From the NCBI GenBank assembly GCA_973895155.1, contig OZ316892.1:13880861-13944860 (forward strand): a DNA stretch of 64,000 bases, written 5' to 3'. Positions 23,431 to 35,867 of the stretch are shown here, piece by piece. The position numbers were made by a program, and so were the translations under genes. The notes beneath the pieces were generated by a model that did not search any database, was not told the origin of the DNA, and saw only the letters and a list, made by a program, of their open reading frames with translations. Source of the stretch: Marsupella aquatica (lineage: Eukaryota; Plantae; Marchantiophyta). How positions within the stretch are numbered: position 1 is the first letter of the stretch; each line of letters starts with the position of its first letter.

Positions 23431-25838
23431 ATGGACTATCTCATCAGGAGTGATGGGACTGAGATTCGCAATGAAGAATTGGTGGTTGCAAAGGTTCAAC
23501 GTCACTGCGAGGAACTCTATTTCCCCTGGCCAGGGTCTTTCTTTGGAGGAGCTCAGGGATTGGAAGGCTGCTCGCAAGAGACTGTGTGCACACACCCATT
23601 TTGCCACTGCTGCTGTAATTGTCATCTGGAATCTTTACCTTCTGTCAAGGAATTATATGAAACCATTCTACTTCTGCCCCTGGATAAGGAGCTCAGGGAT
23701 TGGAAGCTGCTCGCAAGAGACTGTGTGCACACACCCATTTTGCCACTGCTGCTGTAATTGTCATCTGGAATCTTTATCTTCTGTCAAGGAATTATATGAA
23801 ACCATTCTACTTTTGCCCCTGGATATGGCCCTAGGTGCAAATGGAATGACAGTGGAAGTTATTGAAGAGTGCTGGGAGTTTATGCAGGTCGATTTCCTAG
23901 CTATGGTGAGTGACTTCTGGATGTCAAGCACCCTCGCCTGTGGGATAAAGGATGGAGTTATTAGGTTTATCCCGAAGAAGACTGACAAGCGGCAGCTGGG
24001 AGATTGGAGGCCACTCACAATGCTGAATATACTGTATAAGGTACTGGCCAAGCTCTTGGCTTTGCGGCTGAAAACCCTGATGCCTGATGATCAGCCCACA
24101 ACAAACGGGCTTCATTCCCGGTAGGCATATTATGGAGAATATCTCCCTTACATGGTTAACAAGTGACTGGCTTAACACTACTTTGCAGCCAGCCCTTTTT
24201 TCCTCAAACTGGATTTTGAAAAGGCTTTTGATAGGGTTGACCACTCCTACATATGGGAGTCCATGCACCTGATGGGTATTGGATCCCACTTTATTTTTCT
24301 GGTAAAATCGCTTCTCAGTGCCGGTAATTCTAGAGTTTTGGTGAAATCAATGGAATTTGGACGGAAGAAATTCGGATGCTGCGCAGAGTGAGATAAGGCT
24401 GCCCACTTTCACCGCTGTTTTTTGCTATCTCCACACAACCTCTGATGGATTTTCTGAAACATGAAATTGTTGGCGGAAGACTTCAGGGGATACAACTTTC
24501 ACCTTTCATTAGCATTTGCCATCGATTATTTGCAAATGATCTTGGATTGTTCATTCCTGCCACAGAGGTTGCTTTTGAACAAACCAGGGGTGCACTGGGC
24601 TGCTATGAGCTTGCAACCGGGGCCAAACTCAACTTAAAAAAATCTGTGGTGATCCCCTTTGCTGTGGAGGAAAATCTGGACTGGCTGAGGAACAAAGGGT
24701 GTAAAATCAGCACGATTGGCGAGGTGCAGTAATATCTGGGTGCTCCTTTCGGGTGTGGACTGACGGTGGCACACCAACACTGTTTCTGCCTGGATGAATT
24801 GGTGCACGACTTTCTTCTTGGTCCACACGGATTTTGTCCTTCACTGGCCGGGAGGATGCTACTAGTCAAGCACGTGCTACAGGCTATCCCTATCTACCAT
24901 ATGATGTTCCTGAAATCTTCTGAAACCTTTGCACATAAGATTATTGCACTAAGTCAGACCTTTCTTTGGGGCCAGAATGAGCTTGGTGGCCGCAGGATTC
25001 CACTGGTGGCTTGGGATCGGATTGCCAAACCTAAAATTGAGGGGGGTCTTGGTCTAAAGGATTTCAGAAGCCACTCTGATGCTTTACTTAGCAAATGGTT
25101 CACCAAAGCTCTAGACCATCCTCTCTCAGAATGGGCACTGGTATTTGCCGCTAATTTGAGTCTCACCAGGTGGAGAAATTTTAAGGCTATAAGTTGGAAT
25201 GGATATTCTTTCTCGGATAAGTTACTACTCTGCTCCCCTAAAGCTTTTGGCAAATTAGGTTACACGGGGCAACTCTGGAGCGCATGGGAGAAGGTGAGAG
25301 AGAACCTGATTTTCTGTCCCCGCACCACTTCCATCCCTGGACACTGGGGGTTGTTGGACCTCTTTCACTTCTTGCAGGGATTCCATTCCCTTCCACAGTG
25401 ACTTACAGAGCTTAGCGTGCAATCGTTGTAGACTTGGCTTACACAAGATTAGTGATTTTTGGCCCTTGGCCTCTGGTTCTTGGACTGACATGATGGAGGT
25501 TAGACTGAATAGGTTAAGGGGACTTTCTGCTAATCATCTTACTTTATGTCGGGCCCTATTTATGGCAATTCACCGCTCGACTTCGACGGGAGATTTGATA
25601 TGGTGGCTAGACAGTGGCATTGGGCTGACCAGGACGTGGTGATGAAATCTTTTGGCATCACTAACTGCAGATTATATGAGATGCTTAGACCCACCATGAT
25701 TGAGTACTCAAGGCTCAACCAGACGTGGGAGGTGACTTTCTCTGTGGAGGAATGGGGCTGTGTGTGGCATCACCTGTGGTCGTCTGACCTTTCCACTCGG
25801 GCTAAAGTTTTTTTCTGGCGAATTATTGCTTTGGGCCT
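23431..25838 (+). mobile_element. Degenerate 5'-truncated L1-clade LINE ORF2 (reverse transcriptase, zf-RVT)
   Basis: IPKK…WRPLTMLNILYKVLAKLLA, QTGFIPGR, KLDFEKAFDRVD, R*GCPLSPLFF, LFAND (FADD decayed), YLGAP, VLQAIPIY, KIEGGLGLKD, LWSSDLSTRAKVFFWRI; multiple stops and frameshifts. Confidence 0.95.
23547..23825 (+). repeat. 140-bp tandem duplication inside the LINE
   Basis: aggagctcagggattggaag…ccctggata at 23547 and 23687; the second copy has a 1-bp deletion. Confidence 0.93.
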
Positions 25839-25919
25839 CTTAAAAAAATTCCTTGGAATCCTCTTAAAAAAATTAAAATTAAAAAAAGGAAAAACGTTTC
25901 ATACTAATGTACTTCACAG

Positions 25920-26035
25920 GTACCTTGCAAGTACCTACTTTCTAGCACATGTACCTTGCAAGTACTTACTTTCTAGCACATGTACCTTGCAAGTACCTAC
26001 TTTCTAGCACATGTACTTTGCAAGTACCTACTTGA
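25920..26035. repeat. 31-bp minisatellite, ~4 copies
   Basis: gtaccttgcaagtacctactttctagcacat repeated. Confidence 0.93.
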
Positions 26036-27227
26036 AAAGCAAGTATATCCATTGAGTTTCCCCTTTTCATTCAATCCAAGGGTGTCAAAAACACTGAAAT
26101 ACATCTAAGAGTAGTGGCTCTCATTTTTCAATTTTGTAAAGGGATGATGAGGCTATTTTGGTGCGGATCCCTTATTATAGTAGTTGCTTTTCTTACCCCT
26201 CTATTTGTTATATTGTAAAGTTATCCAATGTCTTTCTGGATTTTTGTTTTCCTGTGTTATTATGGTTATTATATATTCCGAAACCAATCAATATGAACTC
26301 ATGAATCAGTCTATGGTGTGTTATTGAGCTCTTGGGATGTAAGTTGGGTCCTTCGACCTTGGGTTTGCTGACAAAACTGCACTTGGTCTCCTCATCGCCT
26401 TTGGGGAAGGGGCTTTTGGGATTGGGGGTCTGCTACTTCTGGAGTTGCTCTCGTTGACAGGCTTTCTTGGTCTATTTAAATAAACGCTGTCAAACACTAC
26501 TGACCCACCTACTAATTAAAATAAAGACTTGTAAAGTTTTATAGGTTTTCATGTGATCGCCTTTCGCCCTAACCTGTGAAACCTTTTCTTGTGATAAGAT
26601 TTTCCAACTTGCATGGAAACTCTTCAAGCATGTGAACCTAGCATGCACTATTCTTACTGCTAGGGCAGGTTTGTTTTAGGAACTCTAGTCAAATTCCTTT
26701 GTGACCTTCCTGTATGGTTTACTCTAGCACTCTACTAGACTGTCAGGTTATTCCTCCATAGGGTTTTAGTTCTTTAGTTGGTGTTGAGGACAAAGAGGCT
26801 TTTTGGCTCTTAGGATTCCAGATGATTGTTGTGCCTAGGCTTTTCCGTTGTTTCCCCACTGTATTGGGTCTCATGCCTTTGGCATCTTGTCTCCCGGCTT
26901 GACACCTTTTGCTCTTTGGTAAGTGTTACATAGTCAATGGCATGAACTAGGGCTATCCAACTGTTTTCTATAATTTTTGGCAACAGATGAACAATGATAA
27001 TCCAAAGGTCCATGCTGCATAAATTTTCCTAAATCAAGTTGATTATGAGGATTGTTTTGAATATTTCAATAACATTTGTTCTGTTTTTGGCTTCACATTG
27101 TTTTGTGACTATTACTTCGTTGAGTCAGCCAGTAAAGTACAAAGGTTTTGTTGAGACAAGTTGCAAACTATGACCTGTGGAAATCAAAGAAGCCATTTCT
27201 CCACCTATTTATGAGTACAACTTGTTC

Positions 27228-27546
27228 TGTTGAGTAAATGATCGCTACTCAAGCACAACATGCACATATACAACATCCTACAAACACACAAGTAGTGCCA
27301 CAAGCTAGATAAGTAGTTCACCATACAAGAGGTGATATATACAAAAATATACAAGAGAGCTTAACTGATCTATATTGGCCATACTAAGCTCCCCCTTTCT
27401 CTTAAATGACTCTATAATAATGAGCCACAAACAATGTTTTCCTGGTGAATAGAGTAGTGACACATCTGACATTAATCAACTACCTGCTAAGAATTAGACA
27501 ATTGTGGTTACATAGTAACTTTAGACCCAAGAATAAATGTCTAACA
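27228..27546 (-). mobile_element. Short LTR-like segment
   Basis: TGTT…AACA ends, with a purine-rich stretch preceding TGTTAG on the minus strand. No clean TSD. Confidence 0.35.
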
Positions 27547-29334
27547 ATTCCTGACTCTCTTGGAGACTAGGGTGGCATGACTAGTAGATGAGTATAAAAA
27601 GGCTCTCATGTAGGTCTATCCATTTGCATTGTAGTATTTGCCTCAATTTTCCAGCTACCCTGCCCACGAAAGAGCATAATTGTGAGAGCTCTTAATTTGT
27701 GGCTGACATTATCAGAGCGCACCAACGTGCGGCCAGGTGTGAGTGGGGAGTTTTGCGAGTGCAAAGGTTTGGGTGGGTGCTCTATCTTGCCTTTGTGATA
27801 ACCAGAGACTCATGGGGACTCACTTCACAAGAAGAGAGAACAAATCACAGTTAAGAGGTTGCTTGTGTTTTCCCATACCCGGGCCTGTCCACAGGTCCAT
27901 TTAGTGTGTCTAGTGACCAAAAAAGGTGGTAATGCATGATTGAATATTGTGAGATAGGATGAGAAGGGGAAGAGACCCTTTTCAAATACCATCTCGAGTG
28001 ATGGTCTTAAATCTTGACAAAACTATACTGTCCACATAAACAATTTGGGGGATGGGACCCACTCCAGTCTATGTAGATTGGAGTCTTCTTGTACATTTGA
28101 CCTCTGAATTCCATTAACACACCCACCATTTGATATGAATGGTTATGATGAAATCGTTTATCGTCCTTTCTTGTAAGTCTCACTTCAAACGCAAACAAGT
28201 CTTATCAGATAACTTACTCCAATTGATGGACAACATTAGATTTAGGAGACATGGGAACAGAACGAATTCTACTAGACTGGAGCATAGGCTGGTTTCTAGC
28301 CAAATGAGGCACGGATCTACTGATCTCTGCGGCTGGCTCTGGCTGGTGGTTGGGAGGGGAGGGCTTAGGGCACCCTTCTCTCCTTGTGTGTTTGCTCTGT
28401 CTTTTTTGCCCTGGCGGGGTTTACCTCCTGTGTTAATTGATGGGGCCTGCCCCTCCCTTCATTAATTAAATAAAATAAATTGGATAACTTACTCCACAAA
28501 TTAGTATCTTGTCCATGCTGCACAGCGAGGAATATTGCGGTGCACTTTGGACCGAGCTGAGCAAATTCGTGATGGAAGCGTGGGCCCAGGATCTGGGACC
28601 ATTGGAACTAGCTCCATTTCCCTATTGAAGAAGTCTGACCTCCGTGGTCCTCCATTGATGAAGTCTGAGCTCCCAGGTCCTTCTGCCCTAATGTGCGTTC
28701 CTTATAGATGCACACAAGGTATCGTCAACTGGGTGTGGTGGGGTTCCAGAATGGAAGAATTGCTTTTCGATTTTTTGAGACTAGGTGTGATGTGTGGCTG
28801 GGGCGTTGGATGTAATTGCTTTCAAATGGCATCCCTCCACTTGGCTCCACTTCTTGTTCTATTTGCCCCTAACGCTTTTTTCATAAATTTTATGGCACCA
28901 AAATTGTCATTACTACAGTAGTAGGATGTATATAGCACCTGGCCCACCCCATACTCGCACTCTCACACACACTCCAACCCTTGTTGGGTTAGGGGGCTTT
29001 GATTCTATTTGCCCTAGCTATGTTCTCAAATCAGAACTCTCCACTCCTGTTTCAACAAGGATCTTTCATGCCCACTTCATATAAACCTCCCCCGGAACAG
29101 ACTCAACTGAATTGAGTTATGAGGATAAAAGAAGCTAATGTGAGATTGTGTGGACGGACCTAAGGGACCCCAAAATATTCTCGATGCAAATCCATGGGCA
29201 GTACGCATTTCGCCTTTTCTTTTCCTTTTCGTTTTACTGTGCTTCAAGATTACTTTTCCAAGTAAACGATCAATACACTTTTCTTCCTTTCCTTGGGTTG
29301 CTTGCTTACGCCTGGAGTACATTTCAGTGTTTTT

Positions 29335-31180
29335 TTTAGTGGCTAAAATTCGCTAGATTCCACCTCCCCAAAAATTCTTGGCCACTTTTGGCTAAAATTT
29401 GCTACTTTTTTGTTGTCTCATTAGCCAGTGTTCCACCTAATCCCAGGCCACTTTAGCCAGAATCTAACGGTCCGCCTTAAATCTAGGGAGATCTGACGGT
29501 CAAGAACATAATTGAATACAGAAGCTTTTGAGCATCTTCTTCTTGACACGCTTTACATTCGCCACCTTGGCGAAAAAGTGAAATCCTTAAAAAAAACACT
29601 GGTACATTTGGGTTGGGCTCGAAATGGTCTCGATTGCGCTGGAAAGTAAAAGGGATACCGTTCCCATTATTAAAACGAATGAAATCCAAGAGAAAGCATA
29701 ACTTACGGTAGTCATCTGACGGCACTACTAGCCAGACTGTGGTTGCGACAACTGGCCCTCCTCTCGAGGCCTCCATTCATGCGATGCTACTGCTACCATC
29801 TTACGAATACAGCGATCCTTCTTTCCAGGGCAGTGGTGGGCAGTGATGCCCCTGAAAGAAGGGCCTTAGCCCGAGGTTCGAGGGCATGTGCAAGTATTAT
29901 TTAAGGGTTCTGAAAATTAGCCAGGGTGGCGCTTGCTTCCTTTAATGAGAAGATGCTAGGAATTCCCTTACATTTGCTAGTTTTTTTCTTACAGTTAGAT
30001 CTCCCTACATTGAAGGAACCCTTTTCACTCGGTGACATGTTGGCTAATGAATGGCAAATATTCAACTAAAGTGGCCACCACGTCTGGATAACATGTAATC
30101 TGGCCTGTCTATCATAAAGACAAGGGAAACCAAACCACGTGAAGTTTTCTTTTAAATGGGTAAGAATGAGTTGTTTAGCACACTCTGGAATAACTACAGT
30201 AAGTTCTGCAGTCACTATTATAATTATGTAATATTATTATTACATGTAAATGTTACCAAAGCCCAGCAGAAGTCATCGAGGTGACTCTGACTAGTTGTTC
30301 AAGTTGCTGAATACAATAATCGCTGCACTATGAAAAATAGCCTGTTACTGTCATGCACAGGAAGTCAAAACGAACTTAGATTGTGTGGCATGGAAGCCTT
30401 GAAGAGATTTGAGGCTACGGTAGGATCCGAAGAATTGAAGACTGCAGGATAGCACAATGATGTACAGTGGGCTGCCCTTTTAATTCCGTTACGGTGGTCG
30501 CTACTGTCTTGTTCCCTCTAGTTTTAATCCCTTCTATCCTTTCCCGTCTCGTTTACAACCAAAGCTCCACGCTCGTCGTATATTTCAGTGTCAGTCCATG
30601 CATTTGCTTTTGCATTCACCAGCTGCTGCTGCGCACTTTCGGTTCTGTTGGATCTGGTCCCATTCTTTGCATTCAATACAAAAGAAGATTTCATTCTCGC
30701 TGCGCCAATTTCAAGCCACCATTATGCATGCTCCATCGGTGCCACTGCTTTGTCGTAATAAGTAATTTTGGCCTCGCATGCAGGTGCGCGCATTTCCATA
30801 CAGGGCCATGAGGGAGGTTGAGCTGAGTCGTCATTCGGCGGCCCTAGCAACTCTAGCCTGGGGAGGTAGGTCTTGAGCGGCACTACTGAGGCTAGCCTTG
30901 GGACTTTGGGAGGTAGGGATCAGCCTATTTTCTAAGGTTTTTTGGTTTAATTTGTAGCCAGTGTGGCCAGCAGCTCTAAGGAGTAGATGATAGGAATATT
31001 TTTGGGGGATTACGTCCTGACCATCAGATATTTCTAGATTTAGGGATGACCATTAGATTCTGGCAAATGGGATCCATCATTAGGTGGGAAAGTGAACCAC
31101 CGTTGTACAAAGAATGTTAGCCAAAAGTGACAACACTTTTTGGGGAGGTGAAATGTGGCTAAAATTCGCACCTAAACAAC
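29335..31180. mobile_element. Non-autonomous TIR element with ~170-bp imperfect inverted ends
   Basis: ccacctccccaaaaa…cacttttggctaa (29360-29395) pairs with 31117-31150; gccagaatctaacggtc…ctgacggtca (29456-29502) pairs with 31018-31063. Confidence 0.75.
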
Positions 31181-31744
31181 AAGCTGGTAGGGATTAAGTG
31201 AGAGATGATGCTATCATCTCTCAAGACTCTATTGTTCAAACTGTAGCTTGTATAAGTGCATTTTGTGGTTAAGTGCAGCGTTATTATGTAGTCCCCTAAA
31301 ATTAGTTCCTTTGTAAATTCATCTACCTAAACATGAGGTTTACAGAAGTGCAAGTAGACCCTCACTAGACAAGGACAAACCCAAGAGTTTATTTTCTTGT
31401 ATAAGTGTACTCATGCAATTATAGGTTAATCTGTTTGCACTTATAAATTACTGCAACCCAAGTTAAGTGCACACCAAATTTCTTCCCAAATGTACACTTA
31501 TTGGCTGAACTTTATTTAGTAGTTGTGATGGGGGCCCCCACAAGACCCAGATGTACTTGTCTGCAATACTTGTCCGATGGCAGGTACACGTGTTTTAAGT
31601 AGGCCCCACTGTCATGATGACTTACAAGGAGGAGAGGAAAATAAGTTTACTACTAGAATTTTGTCACACTAGGAAGTATTGACAAGTTTAACCCTGAGGC
31701 CAAAACGCTGCCCCAATGGATATCCCTGCTAGTAATCACATATG

Positions 31745-31857
31745 ACTGCATTCATGTTTTGAAAGAAAAAAAACTAGGATTATCAAGGTATGCACAGGTG
31801 AACTGCATTCATTGATTGAAAGAAAAAAAACTAGGATTATCAAGGTATGCACAGGTG
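31745..31857. repeat. ~57-bp tandem duplication
   Basis: actgcattcat…gaaagaaaaaaaactaggattatcaaggtatgcacaggtg twice. Confidence 0.9.
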
Positions 31858-33423
31858 CCATATATAGTATATGTCATATTTTGATGTGCAATTACCCAGA
31901 CCCAATGGATATCCCCGGCAGCCTTGTAAGATGGATGATGAAAAGGCTCACACACAACCGCAGCAGGAGAGAGTGCTAAATATTGTGACTACTGTAATTC
32001 TCTTTGGTGGTGACTGGCCTAGCAAAACATTGACAAGTTTATCAAGCTATCGTGACTAATTCTCTTTGGTCACGGGCCTAGTAGAGAGAGGGAGTAAAGT
32101 GTACTGCATTCTCCTGGGAGCTTACACTTAGACAGTGTGTATACTCCTGGAGCTTACCCTTACACTCAGACACGGTAAACTATGACCCTCACTTGGAGAG
32201 CGAGAGAAAGAGAGACAACTCTAGTGCATAATACACCCTGCCAATAAGTACACACGTGATAATTACTATATGACATTTACTATATATTATATATTAAAAT
32301 GATGAGATTCAATATATGTTGTATATTTTGATCTACAATTACTGCGACCCCATAATCCACGGAGCTGCACTTAGACGCGGGAAACTACAGTGCCTGTGAG
32401 CCGAAGGAGCGGGAGGGCTACCAATTGGCAGATTGCCCGGGCTCTAGGGGACGGACCACTGGAGTGGGGACTGCCTGCGCCCGCGGGAAAAGGGATCGAA
32501 GGAGGACTGCATACTGCCGGACTGCATGCGCGAAAATATTCCGCCTGTCAGTTTCTGGGAGAACTCAGAAATGGCTGCTGCTGCTTCTTCTCCTTCTTCT
32601 TCTGCCGTGTTTTAGAGCAATTCATGCTACATCCAACGAGAAGTACGGCGGCTGCTTTGATGTGGAGTTCGACAACCACCCAATCCATTCTGGGACCGCA
32701 AGAAGATTGCTGCTGCCGCTAGCTTTCAGCTGATTGATTCGTATTCTGCCTTGACCCTCCTGGAGGGCGTGACTGAGAGGCAAGGTCTTCTCAGCTTTAT
32801 CCCACTGCAGCCGTCTTGAGCAAGCTTTTTTCGAAACGTAGATCTACTGTAATTCACTTTTCAGTAAAGCTTTGTGATCGGTACAGAAAAGGCAAAAACA
32901 AAAACGAGATCGTAACGCACGCGACCGGCACGGCCAGAACTCGAGAAGCATCATCAGCAGTAGAAGCAGCTTGAGATTCAGTCCCAAGGAGGAAGGTTGA
33001 GCCACAGGCTGAAGTGTTAACGCACGAGACAGTAGTCGATCTTCCAGGAGGAAAATAAGGAAGAATGTGTCAACCTTCTTGTGCACACAACCAGGCAATC
33101 AATCGAGAGCGAGCACAGCTGCATGCAGGACTTCTATCGAGGACAATCACCGTAGGGATACTGTGGGGATCAATCAATTCATGATCAGGGCTTGTATGTG
33201 CGTTATATATCAGCAGCTTGCAAGCTCATGATCGAGCTGCTGGAGAGGTGGGTGTGCGGATCATGATCTCATTAAGGGCTCCATCAGTCCAGGGGACGTG
33301 ACGGAGTCGAGTTGCATGAATGATGTTGTCGGGTGGGGTGAGATCGAGTTGTATTGGTGACCACTCTTTCGTACGCGGAGTGCGCTGATTGACCTGCTGG
33401 CCTTGCATACAGACAGACATGCG

Positions 33424-35867
33424 ATGGCGTCCGGGGCCGGAGTGCGGAGAACTTGGTTCAACGAATCGCAGGCCAAAGGAGGAGAAGATGGATTGCTGGC
33501 AAGTCCGCCCAACAAGAAGTCGCCAGCCTCCAAGTTTCCGTCTCGGCCCGTCATTAGTCGGAAGTGTGCGATCGGATTTGTGACCCTCATGACCGTCTCC
33601 TTACTGGTGATCCGCCTTGGGTTTTCCCTGGTCGTTCTGGATCCTGCCCTGTCCGAAATATACGAGTCCACATGCCGGGCTATGTTCGGGAATCGTTCCT
33701 CTCTTCCGCTATTGTCCCCGCTGTTATCATCTTCCGCTCACCCTAAGCTACTGACGGGGCATGTAGTTTATGCCGATGCCTACAATGAAGATACTACCCG
33801 TCCCGGCGGGGGCGTTATGGAGAGATGGCTCGAGAGAAACCTCGCCAGCACTCGAAATTGCGTCGCAGGTAGCTAGGATCGTCTCTTTCTTCTTTGGCGC
33901 TGCAGTAAAGATCAACCACCGCACCACTCTGAATTTCGAGTCTTCCTGCTAGCTAATTGACATTATCTTGTCTAGATCAATATTGAACGCCCTCCTTAGT
34001 CGTCCAGTCTGACATTAATATGTTTGATTGAAATTCCATTACACCTGACCAAGGTGTGTACAGGTTTGGATTGAAAGTAAATAGTACCCCACAGTTTTCT
34101 GGAATCGCGTTGTTTTGTATTTGTATCTGGTTAATGAGGCGTGTTTCTTTATGTTGATCCTACAGCCAGCTCGCCGCGCTCTGAGTAGTCGGGAATTGCT
34201 ATGGAGATATATTTATGCTAGTGGAAATGATGTTGTACTGTACTGTTGTTTCTCTGCAGTTCACGGCATCGCCTCGCCTGCAGGACTTCTCAACCAAGCC
34301 TATCACAGTCCCAAGACATTCTATCAGGATTTCATGGATATGGCATGCCAGTTCAAGATATTCATTTACCCACACAGCCCGAAGGACCCTTTCGCAAATA
34401 TTTTCAAATCTTACACAGTACCGCCAACTGGCAATTATGCCAGTGAGCATTATTTCAAGATGGCCCTCCTAAACAGCAACATGCTCACCGATGACCCGGC
34501 TGAGGCTGATCTCTTCTACTTGCCGTTCTCTGTGGCCATGATGAGAAACGATCCAAGGATTGGGGTGGAAGGGATTAAGCATTTTGTGAAGGATTACGTG
34601 GGCAACATTAGTGCGGATTATCCTTACTGGGACCGATCGGGAGGAGCAGATCACTTCTATGTCAATTGTCACTCCATAGGGAAAACTGCTACTGATAGGG
34701 CCATACACGTCCGAACTAACGCAATTCAAGTCGTTTGCTCATCAAGTTATCACATACAGGTCTTTTTCCCCCACAAGGATGCGACCATCCCTCAGGTCTG
34801 GCCGAGAACAGGGTTCCCGAAGCTAGCTCCGTTTATCGAGCAAAGGTGCGTTCGTGTGCGTGCCGGATGTCTGTGTATTTGTGTGTTGACATCCATAAGT
34901 ATGTTTGCCCTTCTCGCTCAACCACATGCAACTCATAATTTTGCATTATGGGTTGCAAATCAGCTGTTGGATTATAGTACATCTGTCAGAGCTGGTCAGC
35001 TGTACTTAGGATCCAAATCAGCTTGACCTGGATAGTAGATCAGTCAGAGTGGTTTCCAGTTTCATTGGGGTAGGTCCTCGTACTGAGGATGCAAAAATGA
35101 AAATGTGTAAAGAGTGTCGAGTCTAGTTGGGGACTAAGCTTTGTAACGAGGATGACAATCAGTTTGTAAATACTAGGAACGTTGGGGATTGGGATTCTCT
35201 CGTCAGGATGAACGGCAGTGTTGCTTGAAAATTTGTGTTTTAAGTACGATTTCTACGTCGGGATTCTTGTTCTGTGTTTTGCGATGGTTTTCTACTCGCA
35301 CCAGTGGTGAGATATGCAGCTTCAACTGGGTCGTCCCTTTCTCTTCCCATTCTGATTTTGCTTTCGTTTTAATTCCCGTGCAGGAAAACGCTTGCTTTTT
35401 TCGCTGGTGCTGGCAACTCTCCGGTTCGTGCGCTGGTAGCCCGGCATTGGAGCAATGACTCCGAGATTAAAGTGTACACAAAGAGGATCAGCACTCCCTA
35501 TGACGAGGCGCTACTCACCAGCAAGTTCTGCTTACACGTGAAAGGGTTTGAAGTGAACACTGCCCGGCTAGCGGATGCGATGCACTATGGATGTGTGCCT
35601 ATTATCATTGCCAACTACCATGACCTGCCATACAATGACGTGTTAGATTGGACCAAGTTCTCCCTGGTGGTCGAAACGGACGATATTCCCAAGCTGAAGG
35701 ACATAATCAAGGCAGTCAGCAACGAAGAATACGTGGAGATGCAGAAGAATGTCATGCAAGTGAGGCAGCACTTCCAATGGCATCAAGAACCGCAACCTTT
35801 CGACGCTTTCTATATGGTAATGTACGAACTATGGTTACGCAGACACGTCGTCAGATTTGACTTTTGA
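33424..35867 (+). CDS. Exostosin / GT47 glycosyltransferase, type II membrane protein; exons 33424-33868, 34260-34845, 35384-35867
   Basis: N-terminal TM segment; FKIFIYP, GNYASEHYF, ADLFYLPFS, YPYWDRSGGADHF, LAFFAG, SKFCLHVKGFEVNTARLADAMHYGCVPIII, DAFYMVMYELWLRR; GT-AG introns join in frame. Confidence 0.96.

Noticed and set aside
23333-24124. 263-aa ORF as an independent gene
   Set aside because: Chimera of flank, out-of-frame duplication and LINE RT
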